Origin: Tubulanus polymorphus
Taxonomy: Eukaryota > Animalia > Nemertea
Direction: 5' to 3'
DNA length: 64,000 nt
NCBI RefSeq assembly: GCF_964204645.1
Contig: NC_134036.1
Span: 7,389,434 to 7,453,433 of the forward strand
Numbering within the stretch: the first letter of the stretch is position 1; each line of letters opens with the position of its first letter. The notes under the pieces are model-generated. The model saw only the letters and a program-made list of their open reading frames with translations, made no database searches and was not told the DNA's origin. This document shows, in pieces, positions 44,801 through 59,800 of the stretch. Both the position numbers and the translations under genes were made by a program.

Positions 44801-47800
44801 TCGGTCGTCCATCCGTTCGTCAGTGTGCCGGCGGTGGTAGTTCGAAAAACGACTAAGTGCTGACCGGGCCTAGATCAGCGTTACGACCCGGTGCAGTGAG
44901 GGAGGGAGGGAGGCAGTAGGTCGGTCGTCCGTCCGGTCGTCAATGTGCTGGCGGTGGTTGTTCGAAAAACGACTAAGTGCTGACCGGGCCATGATCAGCG
45001 TTACGACCCGGTGCAGTGAGGGAGGGAGGGAGGAACTAGGACAGTCGTCCGCCCGTTAGTCAGTGTGTCGGCGGTTGTTGTTCGAAAAACGACTAAGTGC
45101 TGACCGGGCCATGAACAGCGTTACGACCCGGCACCGGTCAGGAAGGGAGGGAGGGTGGCAGTAGGTCGGTCGTCCGTTCGTTGGTCAGTGTGCCGGCGGT
45201 GGTAGTTCGAAAAACGACTAAGTGCTGACCGGGCCTTGATCAGCGTTACGACCCGGAGCATTGAGGGAGGGAGGGAGGCAGTAGGTCGGTCGTCCGTCCG
45301 TTTGTCAGTGTGCCGGCAGTGATGGTTGTTCGAAAAACGACTAAGGGCTGACCGGGCCTTAATCAGCGTTACGACCCGGCGCTGGTCAGGGAGGGAGGGA
45401 GGGAGGCAGTAGGTCGGTCGTCCATCCGTTCGTCAGTGTGCCGGCAGTGATGGTTGTTCGAAAAACGACTAAGTGCTGACCGGGCCTTGATCAGCGTTAC
45501 GACCCGGTGCAGTGAGGGAGGGAGGGAGGCAGTAGGTTGTTCGTCCGTCCGTTCGTCAGTGTGCCGGCGGTGGTTGTTCGAAAAACGACTAAGTGCTGAC
45601 CGGGCCTTGATCAGCGTTACGACCCGGTGCAGTGAGGGAGGGAGGGAGGCAGTAGGTTGGTCGTCCATCCGTTCGTCAGTGTGCCGGCGGTGGTAGTTCG
45701 AAAAACGACTAAGTGCTGACCGGGCCTAGATCAGCGTTACGACCCGGTGCAGTGAGGGAGGGAGGGAGGCAGTAGGTCGGTCGTCCGTCCGGTCGTCAGT
45801 GTGCCGGCGGTGGTTGTTCGAAAAACGACTAAGTGCTGACCGGGCCATGAACAGCGTTACGACCCGGCACCGGTCAGGAAGGGAGGGAGGGTGGCAGTAG
45901 GTCGGTCGTCCGTCCGTTCGTCAGTGTGCCGGCGGTGGTTGTTCGAAAAACGACTTAGTGCTGACCGGGCCTTGATCAGCGTTACGACCCGGAGCAGTGA
46001 GGGAGGGAGGGAAGCAGTAGGTCGGTCGTCCGTCCGTTCGCCAGTGAGCCGGCGGTGGTTGTTCGAAAAACGACTAAGTGCTGACCGGGCCTTGATCAGC
46101 GTTACGACCCGGAGCATTGAGGGAGGGAGGGAGGCAGTAGGTCGGTCGTCCGTCCGTTTGTCAGTGTGCCGGCAGTGATGGTTGTTCGAAAAACGACTAA
46201 GGGCTGACCGGGCCATGAACAGCGTTACGACCCGGCACCGGTCAGGAAGGGAGGGAGGGTGGCAGTAGGTCGGTCGTCCGTCCGTTCGTCAGTGTGCCGG
46301 CGGTGGTTGTTCGAAAAACGACTAAGTGCTGACCGGGCCTTGATCAGCGTTACGACCCGGTGCAGTGAGGGAGGGAGGGAGGCAGTAGGTCGGTCGTCCG
46401 TCCGTTCGTCAGTGTGCCGGCGGTGGTTGTTCGAAAAACGCCTAAGTGCTGACCGGATCTTGATCAGCGTTACGACCCGGTGCAGTGAGGGAGGGAGGGA
46501 GGGAGGCAGTAGGTCGGTCGTCCATCCGTTCGTCAGTGTGCCGGCGGTGGTTGTTCGAAAAACGACTAAGTGCTGACCGGGCCTTGATCAGCGTTACGAC
46601 CCGGTGCAGTGAGGGAGGGAGGGAGGCAGTAGGTCGGTCGTCCGTCCGTTCGTCAGTGTGCCGGCGGTGGTTGTTCGAAAAACGACTAAGTGCTGACCGG
46701 GCCTTGATCAGCGTTACGACCCGGCACCGGTCAGGGAGGGAGGGAGGGAGGCAGTAGGTCGGTCGTCCGTCCGTCCGTTCGTCATTGTGCCGGCGGTGAT
46801 TGTTCGAAAAACGACTAAGTGCTGACCGGGCCTTAATCAGCGTTACGACCAGGCACCGGTCAGGGAGGGAGGGAGGGAGGCAGTAGGTCGGTCGTCCATC
46901 CGTTCGTCAGTGTGCCGGCGGTGGTAGTTCGAAAAACGACTAAGTGCTGACCGGGCCTAGATCAGCGTTACGACCCGTTGCAGTGAGGGAGGGAGGGAGG
47001 CAGTAGGTCGGTCGTCCGTCCGGTCGTCAGTGTGCCGGCGGTGGTTGTTCGAAAAACGACTAAGTGCTGACCGGGCCTTGATCAGCGTTACGACCCGGTG
47101 CAGTGAGGGAGGGAGGGAGGCACTAGGACAGTCGTCCGCCCGTTAGTCAGTGTGTCGGCGGTTGTTGTTCGAAAAACGACTAAGTGCTGACCGGGCCATG
47201 AACAGCGTTACGACCCGGCACCGGTCAGGAAGGGAGGGAGGGTGGCAGTAGGTCGGTCGTCCGTCCGTTCGTCAGTGTGCCGGCGGTGGTTGTTCGAAAA
47301 ACGAATAAGTGCTGACCGGGCCTTAATCAGCGTTACGACCCGGCACCGGTCAGGGAGGGAGGGAGGGAGGCAGTAGGTCGGTCGTCCGTCCGTTCGTCAT
47401 TGTGCCGGCGGTGATAGTTCGAAAAACGACTAAGTGCTGACCGGGCCTTGATCAGCGTTACGACCCGGTGCAGTGAGGGAGGGAGGGAGGGAGGAACTAG
47501 GACAGTCGTCCGCCCGTTAGTCAGTGTGTCGGCGGTTGTTGTTCGAAAAACGACTAAGTGCTGACCGGGCCATGAACAGCGTTACGACCCGGCACCGGTC
47601 AGGAAGGGAGGGAGGGTGGCAGTAGGTCGGTCGTCCGTTCGTTGGTCAGTGTGCCGGCGGTGGTAGTTCGAAAAACGACTAAGTGCTGACCGGGCCTTGA
47701 TCAGCGTTACGACCCGGTGCAGTGAGGGAGGGAGGGAGGGAGGCAGTAGGTCGGTCGTCCGTCCGTTCGTCAGTGTGCCGGCGGTGGTAGTTCGAAAAAC

Positions 47801-50800
47801 GACTAAGTGCTGACCGGGCCATGAACAGCGTTACGACCCGGCACCGGTCAGGAAGGGAGGGAGGGTGGCAGTAGGTCGGTCGTCCATCCGTTCGTCAGTG
47901 TGCCGGCGGTGGTAGTTCGAAAAACGACTAAGTGCTGACCGGGCCTTGATCAGCGTTACGACCCGGCACAGTGAGGGAGGGAGGGAGGCAGTAGGTCGGT
48001 CGTCCGTCCGTTCGTCAGTGTGCCGGCGGTGGTTGTTCGAAAAACGACTAAGTGCTGACCGGGTCATGATCAGCGTTACGACCCGGTGCAGTGAGGGAGG
48101 GAGGGAGGGAGGCAGTAGGTCGGTCGTCCATCCGTTCGTCAGTGTGCCGGCGATGGTTGTTCGAAAAACGACGAAGTGCTGACCGGGCCTTGATCAGCGT
48201 TACGACCCGGTGCAGTGAGGGAGGGAGGGAGGCACTAGGACAGTCGTCCGCCCGTTAGTCAGTGTGCCGGCGGTGGTTGTTCGAAAAACGACTAAGTGCT
48301 GACCGGGCCTTGATCAGCGTTACGACCCGGCACCGGTCAGGGAGGGAGGGAGGGAGGCAGTAGGTCGGTCGTCCGTCCGTTCGTCACTGTGCCGGCGGTG
48401 GTAGTTCGAAAAACGACTAAGTGCTGACCGGGCCTTGATCAGCGTTACGACCCGGAGCATTGAGGGAGGGAGGGAGGCAGTAGGTCGGTCGTCCGTCCGT
48501 TTGTCAGTGTGCCGGCAGTGATGGTTGTTCGAAAAAATGACTAAGGGCTGACCGGGCCTTGATCAGCGTTACGACCCGGCGCTGGTCAGGGCGGGAGGGA
48601 GGGAGGCAGTAGGTCGGTCGTCCATCCGTTCGTCAGTGTGCCGGCGGTGGTAGTTCGAAAAACGACTAAGTGCTGACCGGGCCTAGATCAGCGTTACGAC
48701 CCGGTGCAGTGAGGGAGGGAGGGAGGCAGTAGGTCGGTCGTCCGTCCGGTCGTCAATGTGCTGGCGGTGGTTGTTCGAAAAACGACTAAGTGCTGACCGG
48801 GCCTTGATCAGCGTTACGACCCGGTGCAGTGAGGGAGGGAGGGAGGAACTAGGACAGTCGTCCGCCCGTTAGTCAGTGTGTCGGCGGTTGTTGTTCGAAA
48901 AACGACTAAGTGCTGACCGGGCCATGAACAGCGTTACGACCCGGCACCGGTCAGGAAGGGAGGGAGGGTGGCAGTAGGTCGGTCGTCCGTTCGTTGGTCA
49001 GTGTGCCGGCGGTGGTAGTTCGAAAAACGACTAAGTGCTGACCGGGCCTTGATCAGCGTTACGACCCGGTGCAGTGAGGGAGGGAGGGAGGTAGTAGGTC
49101 GGTCGTCCGTCCGTTCGTCAGTGTGCCGGCGGTGGTAGTTCGAAAAACGACTAAGTGCTGACCGGGCCATGAACAGCGTTACGACCCGGCACCGGTCAGG
49201 AAGGGAGGGAGGGTGGCAGTAGGTCGGTCGTCCATCCGTTCGTCAGTGTGCCGGCGGTGGTAGTTCGAAAAACGACTAAGTGCTGACCGGGCCTTGATCA
49301 GCGTTACGACCCGGTACAGTGAGGGAGGGAGGGAGGCAGTAGGTCGGTCGTCCGTCCGTTCGTCAGTTTGCCGGCGGTGGTTGTTCGAAAAACGACTAAG
49401 TGCTGACCGGGTCATGATCAGCGTTACGACCCGGTGCAGTGAGGGAGGGAGGGAGGGAGGCAGTAGGTCGGTCGTCCATCCGTTCGTCAGTGTGCCGGCG
49501 ATGGTTGTTCGAAAAACGACTAATTGCTGACCGGGCCTTGATCAGCGTTACGACCCGGTGCAGTGAGGGAGGGAGGGAGGCACTAGGACAGTCGTCCGCC
49601 CGTTAGTCAGTGTGCCGGCGGTGGTTGTTCGAAAAACGACTAAGTGCTGACCGGGCCTTGATCAGCGTTACGACCCGGCACCGGTCAGGGAGGGAGGGAG
49701 GGAGGCAGTAGGTCGGTCGTCCGTCCGTTCGTCACTGTGCCGGCGGTGGTAGTTCGAAAAACGACTAAGTGCTGACCGGGCCTTGATCAGCGTTACGACC
49801 CGGAGCTTTGAGGGAGGGAGGGAGGCAGTAGGTCGGTCGTCCGTCCGTTTGTCAGTGTGCCGGCAGTGATGGTTGTTCGAAAAAATGACTAAGGGCTGAC
49901 CGGGCCTTGATCAGCGTTACGACCCGGCGCTGGTCAGGGCGGGAGGGAGGGAGGCAGTAGGTCGGTCGTCCATCCGTTCGTCAGTGTGCCGGCGGTGGTA
50001 GTTCGAAAAACGACTAAGTGCTGACCGGGCCTAGATCAGCGTTACGACCCTGTGCAGTGAGGGAGGGAGGGAGGCAGTAGGTCGGTCGTCCGTCCGGTCG
50101 TCAGTGTGCCGGCGGTGGTTGTTCGAAAAACGACTAAGTGCTGACCGGGCCATGATCAGCGTTACGACCCGGTGCAGTGAGGGTGGGAGGGAGGAACTAG
50201 GACAGTCGTCCGCCCGTTAGTCAGTGTGTCGGCGGTTGTTGTTCGAAAAACGACTAAGTGCTGACCGGGCCATGAACAGCGTTACGACCCGGCACCGGTC
50301 AGATAGGGAGGGAGGGTGGCAGTAGGTCGGTCGTCCGTTCGTTGGTCAGTGTGCCGGCGGTGGTAGCTCGAAAAACGACTAAGTGCTGACCGGGCCTTGA
50401 TCATTGTTACGACCCGGTGCAGTGAGGGAGGGAGGGAGGCAGTAGGTCGGTCGTCCGTCCGTTCGTCAGTGTGCCGGCGGTGGTAGTTCGAAAAACGACT
50501 AAGTGCTGACCGGGCCATGAACAGCGTTACGACCCGGCACCGGTCAGGAAGGGAGGAAGGGTGTTAGTAGGTCGGTCGTCCATCCGTTCGTCAGTGTGCC
50601 GGCGGTGGTAGTTCGAAAAACGACTAAGTGCTGACCGGGCCTTGATCAGCGTTACGACCCGGTACAGTGAGGGAGGGAGGGAGGCAGTAGGTCGGTCGTC
50701 CGTCCGTTCGTCAGTGTGCCGGCGGTGGTTGTTCGAAAAACGACTAAGTGCTGACCGGGTCATGATCAGCGTTACGACCCGGTGCAGTGAGGGAGGGAGG

Positions 50801-53800
50801 GAGGGAGGCAGTAGGTCGGTCGTCCATCCGTTCGTCAGTGTGCCGGCGGTGGTTGTTCGAAAAACGACTAAGTGCTGACCGGGCCTTGATCAGCGTTACG
50901 ACCCGGTGCAGTGAGGGAGGGAGGGAGGGAGGCAGTAGGTCAGTCGTCCATCCGTTCGTCAGTGTGCCGGCGGTGGTTGTTCGAAAAACGACTAAGTGCT
51001 GACCGGGCCATGAACAGCGTTACGACCCGGTACCGGTCAGGAAGGGAGGGAGGGTGGCAGTAGGTCGGTCGTCCGTTCGTTCGTCAGTGTGCCGGCGGTG
51101 GTTGTTCGAAAAACGACTAAGTGCTGACCGGGCCATGAACAGCGTTACGACCCGGCACCGGTCAGGAAGGGAGGGAGGGTGGCAGTAGGTCGGTCGTCCG
51201 TTCGTTGGTCAGTGTGCCGGCGGTGGTAGTTCGAAAAACGACTAAGTGCTGACCGGGCCATGAACAGCGTTACGACCCGGCACCGGTCAGGAAGGGAGGG
51301 AGGGTGGCAGTAGGTCGGTCGTCCATCCGTTCGTCAGTGTGCCGGCGGTGGTAGTTCGAAAAACGACTAAGTGCTGACCGGGCCTTGATCAGCGTTACGA
51401 CCCGGTGCAGTGAGGGAGGGAGGGAGGCAGTAGGTCGGTCGTCCGTCCGTTCGTCAGTGTGCCGGCGGTGGTTGTTCGAAAAACGACTAAGTGCTGACCG
51501 GGTCATGATCAGCGTTACGACCCGGTGCAGTGAGGGAGGGAGGGAGGGAGGCAGTAGGTCGGTCGTCCATCCGTTCGTCAGTGTGCCGGCGGTGGTTGTT
51601 CGAAAAACGACTAAGTGCTTACCGGGCCTTGATCAGCGTTACGACCCGGTGCAGTGAGGGAGGGAGGGAGGGAGGCAGTAGGTCGGTCGTCCATCCGTTC
51701 GTCAGTGTGCCGGCGGTGGTTGTTCGAAAAACGACTAAGTGCTGACCGGGCCATGATCAGCGTTACGACCCGGTGCAGTGAGGGAGGGAGGGAGGCACTA
51801 GGACAGTCGTCCGCCCGTTAGTCAGTGTGTCGGCGGTTGTTGTTCGAAAAACGACTAAGTGCTGACCGGGCCATGAACAGCGTTACGACCCGGCACCGGT
51901 CAGGGAGGGAGGCAGTAGGTCGGTCGTCCGTCCGTTCGTCATTGTGCCGGCGGTGGTAGTTCGAAAAACGACTAAGTGCTGACCGGGCCTTGATCAGCGT
52001 TACGACCCGGAGCATTGAGGGAGGGAGGGAGGCAGTAGGTCGGTCGTCCGTCCGTTTGTCAGTGTGCCGGCAGCGATGGTTGTTCGAAAAATGACTAAGG
52101 GCTGACCGGGCCTTGATCAGCGTTACGACCCGGAGCATTGAGGGAGGGAGGGAGGCAGTAGGTCGGTCGTCCATCCGTTCGTCAGTGTGCCGGCGGTGGT
52201 AGTTCGAAAAACGACTAAGTGCTGACCGGGCCTAGATCAGCGTTACGACCCGGTGCAGTGAGGGAGGGAGGGAGGCAGTAGGTCGGTCGTCCGTCCGGTC
52301 GTCAGTGTGCCGGCGGTGGTTGTTCGAAAAACGACTAAGTGCTGACCGGGCCATGAACAGCGTTACGACCCGGCACCGGTCAGGAAGGGAGGGAGGGTGG
52401 CAGTAGGTCGGTCGTCCGTCCGTTCGTCAGTGTGCCGGCGGTGGTAGTTCGAAAAACGACTAAGTGCTGACCGGGCCATGAACAGCGTTACGACCCGGCA
52501 CCGGTCAGGAAGGGAGGGAGGGTGGCAGTAGGTCGGTCGTCCATCCGTTCGTCAGTGTGCCGGCGGTGGTAGTTCGAAAAACGACTAAGTGCTGACCGGG
52601 CCTTGATCAGCGTTACGACCCGGTACAGTGAGGGAGGGAGGGAGGCAGTAGGTCGGTCGTCCGTCCGTTCGTCAGTGTGCCGGCGGTGGTTGTTCGAAAA
52701 ACGACTAAGTGCTGACCGGGTCATGATCAGCGTTACGACCCGGTGCAGTGAGGGAGGGAGGGAGGGAGGCAGTAGGTCGGTCGTCCATCCGTTCGTCAGT
52801 GTGCCGGCGATGGTTGTTCGAAAAACGACTAAGTGCTGACCGGGCCTTGATCAGCGTTACGACCCGGTGCAGTGAGGGAGGGAGGGAGGCACTAGGACAG
52901 TCGTCCGCCCGTTAGTCAGTGTGCCGGCGGTGGTTGTTCGAAAAACGACTAAGTGCTGACCGGGCCTTGATCAGCGTTACGACCCGGCACCGGTCAGGGA
53001 GGGAGGGAGGGAGGCAGTAGGTCGGTCGTCCGTCCGTTCGTCACTGTGCCGGCGGTGGTAGTTCGAAAAACGACTAAGTGCTGACCGGGCCTTGATCAGC
53101 GTTACGACCCGGAGCTTTGAGGGAGGGAGGGAGGCAGTAGGTCGGTCGTCCGTCCGTTTGTCAGTGTGCCGGCAGTGATGGTTGTTCGAAAAAATGACTA
53201 AGGGCTGACCGGGCCATGAACAGCGTTACGACCCGGCGCTGGTCAGGGCGGGAGGGAGGGAGGCAGTAGGTCGGTCGTCCATCCGTTCGTCAGTGTGCCG
53301 GCGGTGGTTGTTCGAAAAACGACTAAGTGCTGACCGGGCCATGAACAGCGTTACGACCCGGCACCGGTCAGGAAGGGAGGGAGGGTGGCAGTAGGTCGGT
53401 CGTCCGTTCGTTGGTCAGTGTGCCGGCGGTGGTAGTTCGAAAAACGACTAAGTGCTGACCGGGCCTTGATCAGCGTTACGACCCGGTGCAGTGAGGGAGG
53501 GAGGGAGGCAGTAGGTCGGTCGTCCGTCCGTTCGTCAGTGTGCCGGCGGTGGTTGTTCGAAAAACGACTAAGTGCTGACCGGGCCATGAACAGCGTTACG
53601 ACCCGGCACCGGTCAGGAAGGGAGGGAGGGTGGCAGTAGGTCGGTCGTCCGTTCGTTGGTCAGTGTGCCGGCGGTGGTAGTTCGAAAAACGACTAAGTGC
53701 TGACCGGGCCATGAACAGCGTTACGACCCGGCACCGGTCAGGAAGGGAGGGAGGGTGGCAGTAGGTCGGTCGTCCATCCGTTCGTCAGTGTGCCGGCGGT

Positions 53801-56800
53801 GGTAGTTCGAAAAACGACTAAGTGCTGACCGGGCCTTGATCAGCGTTACGACCCGGTACAGTGAGGGAGGGAGGGAGGCAGTAGGTCGGTCGTCCGTCCG
53901 TTCGTCAGTGTGCCGGCGGTGGTTGTTCGAAAAACGACTAAGTGCTGACCGGGCCTTGATCAGCGTTACGACCCGGAGCATTGAGGGAGGGAGGGAGGCA
54001 GTAGGTCGGTCGTCCGTCCGTCCGTTTGTCAGTGTGCCGGCAGCGATGGTTGTTCGAAAAATGACTAAGGGCTGACCGGGCCTTGATCAGCGTTACGACC
54101 CGGAGCATTGAGGGAGGGAGGGAGGGAGGCAGTAGGTCGGTCGTCCATCCGTTCGTCAGTGTGCCGGCGGTGGTAGTTCGAAAAACGACTAAGTGCTGAC
54201 CGGGCCTTGATCAGCGTTACGACCCGGTGCAGTGAGGGAGGGAGGGAGGCAGTAGGTCGGTCGTCCGTCCGTTCGTCAGTGTGCCGGTGGTGGTTGTTCG
54301 AAAAACGACTAAGTGCTGACCGGGCCTTGATCAGCGTTACGACCCGGCGCAGTGAGGGAGGGAGGGAGGGAGGCAGTAGGTCGGTCGTCCATCCGTTCGT
54401 CAGTGTGCCGGCGGTGGTTGTTCGAAAAACGACTAAGTGCTGACCGGGCCTTGATCAGCGTTACGACCCGGTGCAGTGAGGGAGGGAGGGAGGCACTAGG
54501 ACAGTCGTCCGCCCGTTAGTCAGTGTGTCGGCGGTTGTTGTTCGAAAAACGACTAAGTGCTGACCGGGCCATGAACAGCGTTACGACCCGGCACCGGTCA
54601 GGAAGGGAGGGAGGGTGGCAGTAGGTCGGTCGTCCGTTCGTTCGTCAGTGTGCCGGCGGTTGTTGTTCGAAAAACGACTAAGTGCTGACCGGGCCTTGAT
54701 CAGCGTTACGACCCGGTGCAGTGAGGGAGGGAGGGAGGCAGTAGGTCGGTCGTCCATCCGTTCGTCAGTGTGCCGGCGGTGGTAGTTCGAAAAACGACTA
54801 AGTGCTGACCGGGCCTTGATCAGCGTTACGACCCGGTGCAGTGAGGGAGGGAGGGAGGGAGGCAGTAGGTCGGTCGTCCATCCGTTCGTCAGTGTGCCGG
54901 CGGTGGTTGTTCGAAAAACGACTAAGTGCTGACCGGGCCATGATCAGCGTTACGACCCGGTGCAGTGAGGGAGGGAGGGAGGCACTAGGACAGTCGTCCG
55001 CCCGTTAGTCAGTGTGCCGGCGGTGGTTGTTCGAAAAACGACTAAGTGCTGACCGGGCCTTGATCAGCGTTACGACCCGGCACCGGTCAGGGAGGGAGGG
55101 AGGGAGGCAGTAGGTCGGTCGTCCGTCCGTTCGTCACTGTGCCGGCGGTGGTAGTTCGAAAAACGACTAAGTGCTGACCGGGCCTTGATCAGCGTTACGA
55201 CCCGGCACCGGTCAGGAAGGGAGGGAGGGTGGCAGTAGGTCGGTCGTCCATCCGTTCGTCAGTGTGCCGGCGGTGGTAGTTCGAAAAACGACTAAGTGCT
55301 GACCGGGCCTTGATCAGCGTTACGACCCGGTACAGTGAGGGAGGGAGGGAGGCAGTAGGTCGGTCGTCCGTCCGTTCGTCAGTGTGCCGGCGGTGGTTGT
55401 TCGAAAAACGACTAAGTGCTGACCGGGTCATGATCAGCGTTACGACCCGGTGCAGTGAGGGAGGGAGGGAGGGAGGCAGTAGGTCGGTCGTCCATCCGTT
55501 CGTCAGTGTGCCGGCGATGGTTGTTCGAAAAACGACTAAGTGCTGACCGGGCCTTGATCAGCGTTACGACCCGGTGCAGTGAGGGAGGGAGGGAGGCACT
55601 AGGACAGTCGTCCGCCCGTTAGTCAGTGTGCCGGCGGTGGTTGTTCGAAAAACGACTAAGTGCTGACCGGGCCTTGATCAGCGTTACGACCCGGCACCGG
55701 TCAGGGAGGGAGGGAGGGAGGCAGTAGGTCGGTCGTCCGTCCGTTCGTCACTGTGCCGGCGGTGGTAGTTCGAAAAACGACTAAGTGCTGACCGGGCCTT
55801 GATCAGCGTTACGACCCGGAGCTTTGAGGGAGGGAGGGAGGCAGTAGGTCGGTCGTCCGTCCGTTTGTCAGTGTGCCGGCAGTGATGGTTGTTCGAAAAA
55901 ATGACTAAGGGCTGACCGGGCCATGAACAGCGTTACGACCCGGCGCTGGTCAGGGCGGGAGGGAGGGAGGCAGTAGGTCGGTCGTCCATCCGTTCGTCAG
56001 TGTGCCGGCGGTGGTTGTTCGAAAAACGACTAAGTGCTGACCGGGCCATGAACAGCGTTACGACCCGGCACCGGTCAGGAAGGGAGGGAGGGTGGCAGTA
56101 GGTCGGTCGTCCGTTCGTTGGTCAGTGTGCCGGCGGTGGTAGTTCGAAAAACGACTAAGTGCTGACCGGGCCTTGATCAGCGTTACGACCCGGTGCAGTG
56201 AGGGAGGGAGGGAGGCAGTAGGTCGGTCGTCCGTCCGTTCGTCAGTGTGCCGGCGGTGGTTGTTCGAAAAACGACTAAGTGCTGACCGGGCCATGAACAG
56301 CGTTACGACCCGGCACCGGTCAGGAAGGGAGGGAGGGTGGCAGTAGGTCGGTCGTCCGTTCGTTGGTCAGTGTGCCGGCGGTGGTAGTTCGAAAAACGAC
56401 TAAGTGCTGACCGGGCCATGAACAGCGTTACGACCCGGCACCGGTCAGGAAGGGAGGGAGGGTGGCAGTAGGTCGGTCGTCCATCCGTTCGTCAGTGTGC
56501 CGGCGGTGGTAGTTCGAAAAACGACTAAGTGCTGACCGGGCCTTGATCAGCGTTACGACCCGGTACAGTGAGGGAGGGAGGGAGGCAGTAGGTCGGTCGT
56601 CCGTCCGTTCGTCAGTGTGCCGGCGGTGGTTGTTCGAAAAACGACTAAGTGCTGACCGGGCCTTGATCAGCGTTACGACCCGGAGCATTGAGGGAGGGAG
56701 GGAGGCAGTAGGTCGGTCGTCCGTCCGTCCGTTTGTCAGTGTGCCGGCAGCGATGGTTGTTCGAAAAATGACTAAGGGCTGACCGGGCCTTGATCAGCGT

Positions 56801-59800
56801 TACGACCCGGAGCATTGAGGGAGGGAGGGAGGGAGGCAGTAGGTCGGTCGTCCATCCGTTCGTCAGTGTGCCGGCGGTGGTAGTTCGAAAAACGACTAAG
56901 TGCTGACCGGGCCTTGATCAGCGTTACGACCCGGTGCAGTGAGGGAGGGAGGGAGGCAGTAGGTCGGTCGTCCGTCCGTTCGTCAGTGTGCCGGTGGTGG
57001 TTGTTCGAAAAACGACTAAGTGCTGACCGGGCCTTGATCAGCGTTACGACCCGGCGCAGTGAGGGAGGGAGGGAGGGAGGCAGTAGGTCGGTCGTCCATC
57101 CGTTCGTCAGTGTGCCGGCGATGGTTGTTCGAAAAACGACTAAGTGCTGACCGGGCCTTGATCAGCGTTAAGACCCGGTGCAGTGAGGGAGGGAGGGAGG
57201 CACTAGGACAGTCGTCCGCCCGTTAGTCAGTGTGTCGGCGGTTGTTGTTCGAAAAACGACTAAGTGCTGACCGGGCCATGAACAGCGTTACGACCCGGCA
57301 CCGGTCAGGAAGGGAGGGAGGGTGGCAGTAGGTCGGTCGTCCGTTCGTTCGTCAGTGTGCCGGCGGTTGTTGTTCGAAAAACGACTAAGTGCTGACCGGG
57401 CCTTGATCAGCGTTACGACCCGGTGCAGTGAGGGAGGGAGGGAGGCAGTAGGTCGGTCGTCCATCCGTTCGTCAGTGTGCCGGCGGTGGTAGTTCGAAAA
57501 ACGACTAAGTGCTGACCGGGCCTTGATCAGCGTTACGACCCGGTGCAGTGAGGGAGGGAGGGAGGGAGGCAGTAGGTCGGTCGTCCATCCGTTCGTCAGT
57601 GTGCCGGCGGTGGTTGTTCGAAAAACGACTAAGTGCTGACCGGGCCATGATCAGCGTTACGACCCGGTGCAGTGAGGGAGGGAGGGAGGCACTAGGACAG
57701 TCGTCCGCCCGTTAGTCAGTGTGCCGGCGGTGGTTGTTCGAAAAACGACTAAGTGCTGACCGGGCCTTGATCAGCGTTACGACCCGGTGCAGTGAGGGAG
57801 GGAGGGAGGCAGTAGGTTGTTCGTCCGTCCGTTCGTCAGTGTGCCGGCGGTGGTTGTTCGAAAAACGACTAAGTGCTGACCGGGCCTTGATCAGCGTTAC
57901 GACCCGGTGCAGTGAGGGAGGGAGGGAGGCAGTAGGTTGGTCGTCCGTCCGTTCGTCAGTGTGCCGGCGGTGGTTGTTCGAAAAACGACTAAGTGCTGAC
58001 CGGGCCTTGATCAGCGTTACGACCCGGAGCAGTGAGGGAGGGAGGGAGGTAGTAGGTCGGTCGTCCGTTCGTTCGTCAGTGTGCCGGCGGTGGTTGTTCG
58101 AAAAACGACTAAGTGCTGACCGGGCCTTGATCAGCGTTACGACCCGGCACCGGTCAGGGAGGGAGGGAGGGAGGCAGTAGGTCGGTCGTCCGTCCGTTCG
58201 TCATTGTGCCGGCGGTGATTGTTCGAAAAACGACTAAGTGCTGACCGGGCCTTAATCAGCGTTACGACCAGGCACCGGTCAGGGAGGGAGGGAGGGAGGC
58301 AGTAGGTCGGTCGTCCATCCGTTCGTCAGTGTGCCGGCGGTGGTAGTTCGAAAAACGACTAAGTGCTGACCGGGCCTAGATCAGCGTTACGACCCGTTGC
58401 AGTGAGGGAGGGAGGGAGGCAGTAGGTCGGTCGTCCGTCCGGTCGTCAGTGTGCCGGCGGTGGTTGTTCGAAAAACGACTAAGTGCTGACCGGGCCTTGA
58501 TCAGCGTTACTACCCGGTGCAGTGAGGGAGGGAGGGAGGCACTAGGACAGTCGTCCGCCCGTTAGTCAGTGTGTCGGCGGTTGTTGTTCGAAAAACGACT
58601 AAGTGCTGACCGGGCCATGAACAGCGTTACGACCCGGCACCGGTCAGGAAGGGAGGGAGGGTGGCAGTAGGTCGGTCGTCCGTCCGTTCGTCAGTGTGCC
58701 GGCGGTGGTTGTTCGAAAAACGAATAAGTGCTGACCGGGCCTTAATCAGCGTTACGACCCGGCACCGGTCAGGGAGGGAGGGAGGGAGGCAGTAGGTCGG
58801 TCGTCCGTCCGTTCGTCAGTGTGCCGGCGGTGGTTGTTCGAAAAACGACTAAGTGCTGACCGGGCCTTGATCAGCGTTACGACCCGGAGCAGTGAGGGAG
58901 GGAGGGAGGCAGTAGGTCGGTCGTCTGTCCGTTCGCCAGTGTGCCGGCGGTGGTTGTTCGAAAAACGACTAAGTGCTGACCGGGCCTTGATCAGCGTTAC
59001 GACCCGGAGCATTGAGGGAGGGAGGGAGGGAGTAGGTCGGTCGTCCGTCCGTTTGTCAGTGTGCCGGCAGTGATGGTTGTTCGAAAAACGACTAAGGGCT
59101 GACCGGGCCTTAATCAGCGTTACGACCCGGCGCTGGTCAGGGAGGGAGGGAGGGAGGCAGTAGGTCGGTCGTCCGTCCGTTCGTCATTGTGCCGGCGGTG
59201 ATAGTTCGAAAAACGACTAAGTGCTGACCGGGCCTTGATCAGCGTTACGACCCGGTGCAGTGAGGGAGGGAGGGAGGGAGGAACTAGGACAGTCGTCCGC
59301 CCGTTAGTCAGTGTGTCGGCGGTTGTTGTTCGAAAAACGACTAAGTGCTGACCGGGCCATGAACAGCGTTACGACCCGGCACCGGTCAGGAAGGGAGGGA
59401 GGGTGGCAGTAGGTCGGTCGTCCGTTCGTTGGTCAGTGTGCCGGCGGTGGTAGTTCGAAAAACGACTAAGTGCTGACCGGGCCTTGATCAGCGTTACGAC
59501 CCGGTGCAGTGAGGGAGGGAGGGAGGGAGGCAGTAGGTCGGTCGTCCGTCCGTTCGTCAGTGTGCCGGCGGTGGTAGTTCGAAAAACGACTAAGTGCTGA
59601 CCGGGCCATGAACAGCGTTACGACCCGGCACCGGTCAGGAAGGGAGGGAGGGTGGCAGTAGGTCGGTCGTCCATCCGTTCGTCAGTGTGCCGGCGGTGGT
59701 AGTTCGAAAAACGACTAAGTGCTGACCGGGCCTTGATCAGCGTTACGACCCGGCACAGTGAGGGAGGGAGGGAGGCAGTAGGTCGGTCGTCCGTCCGTTC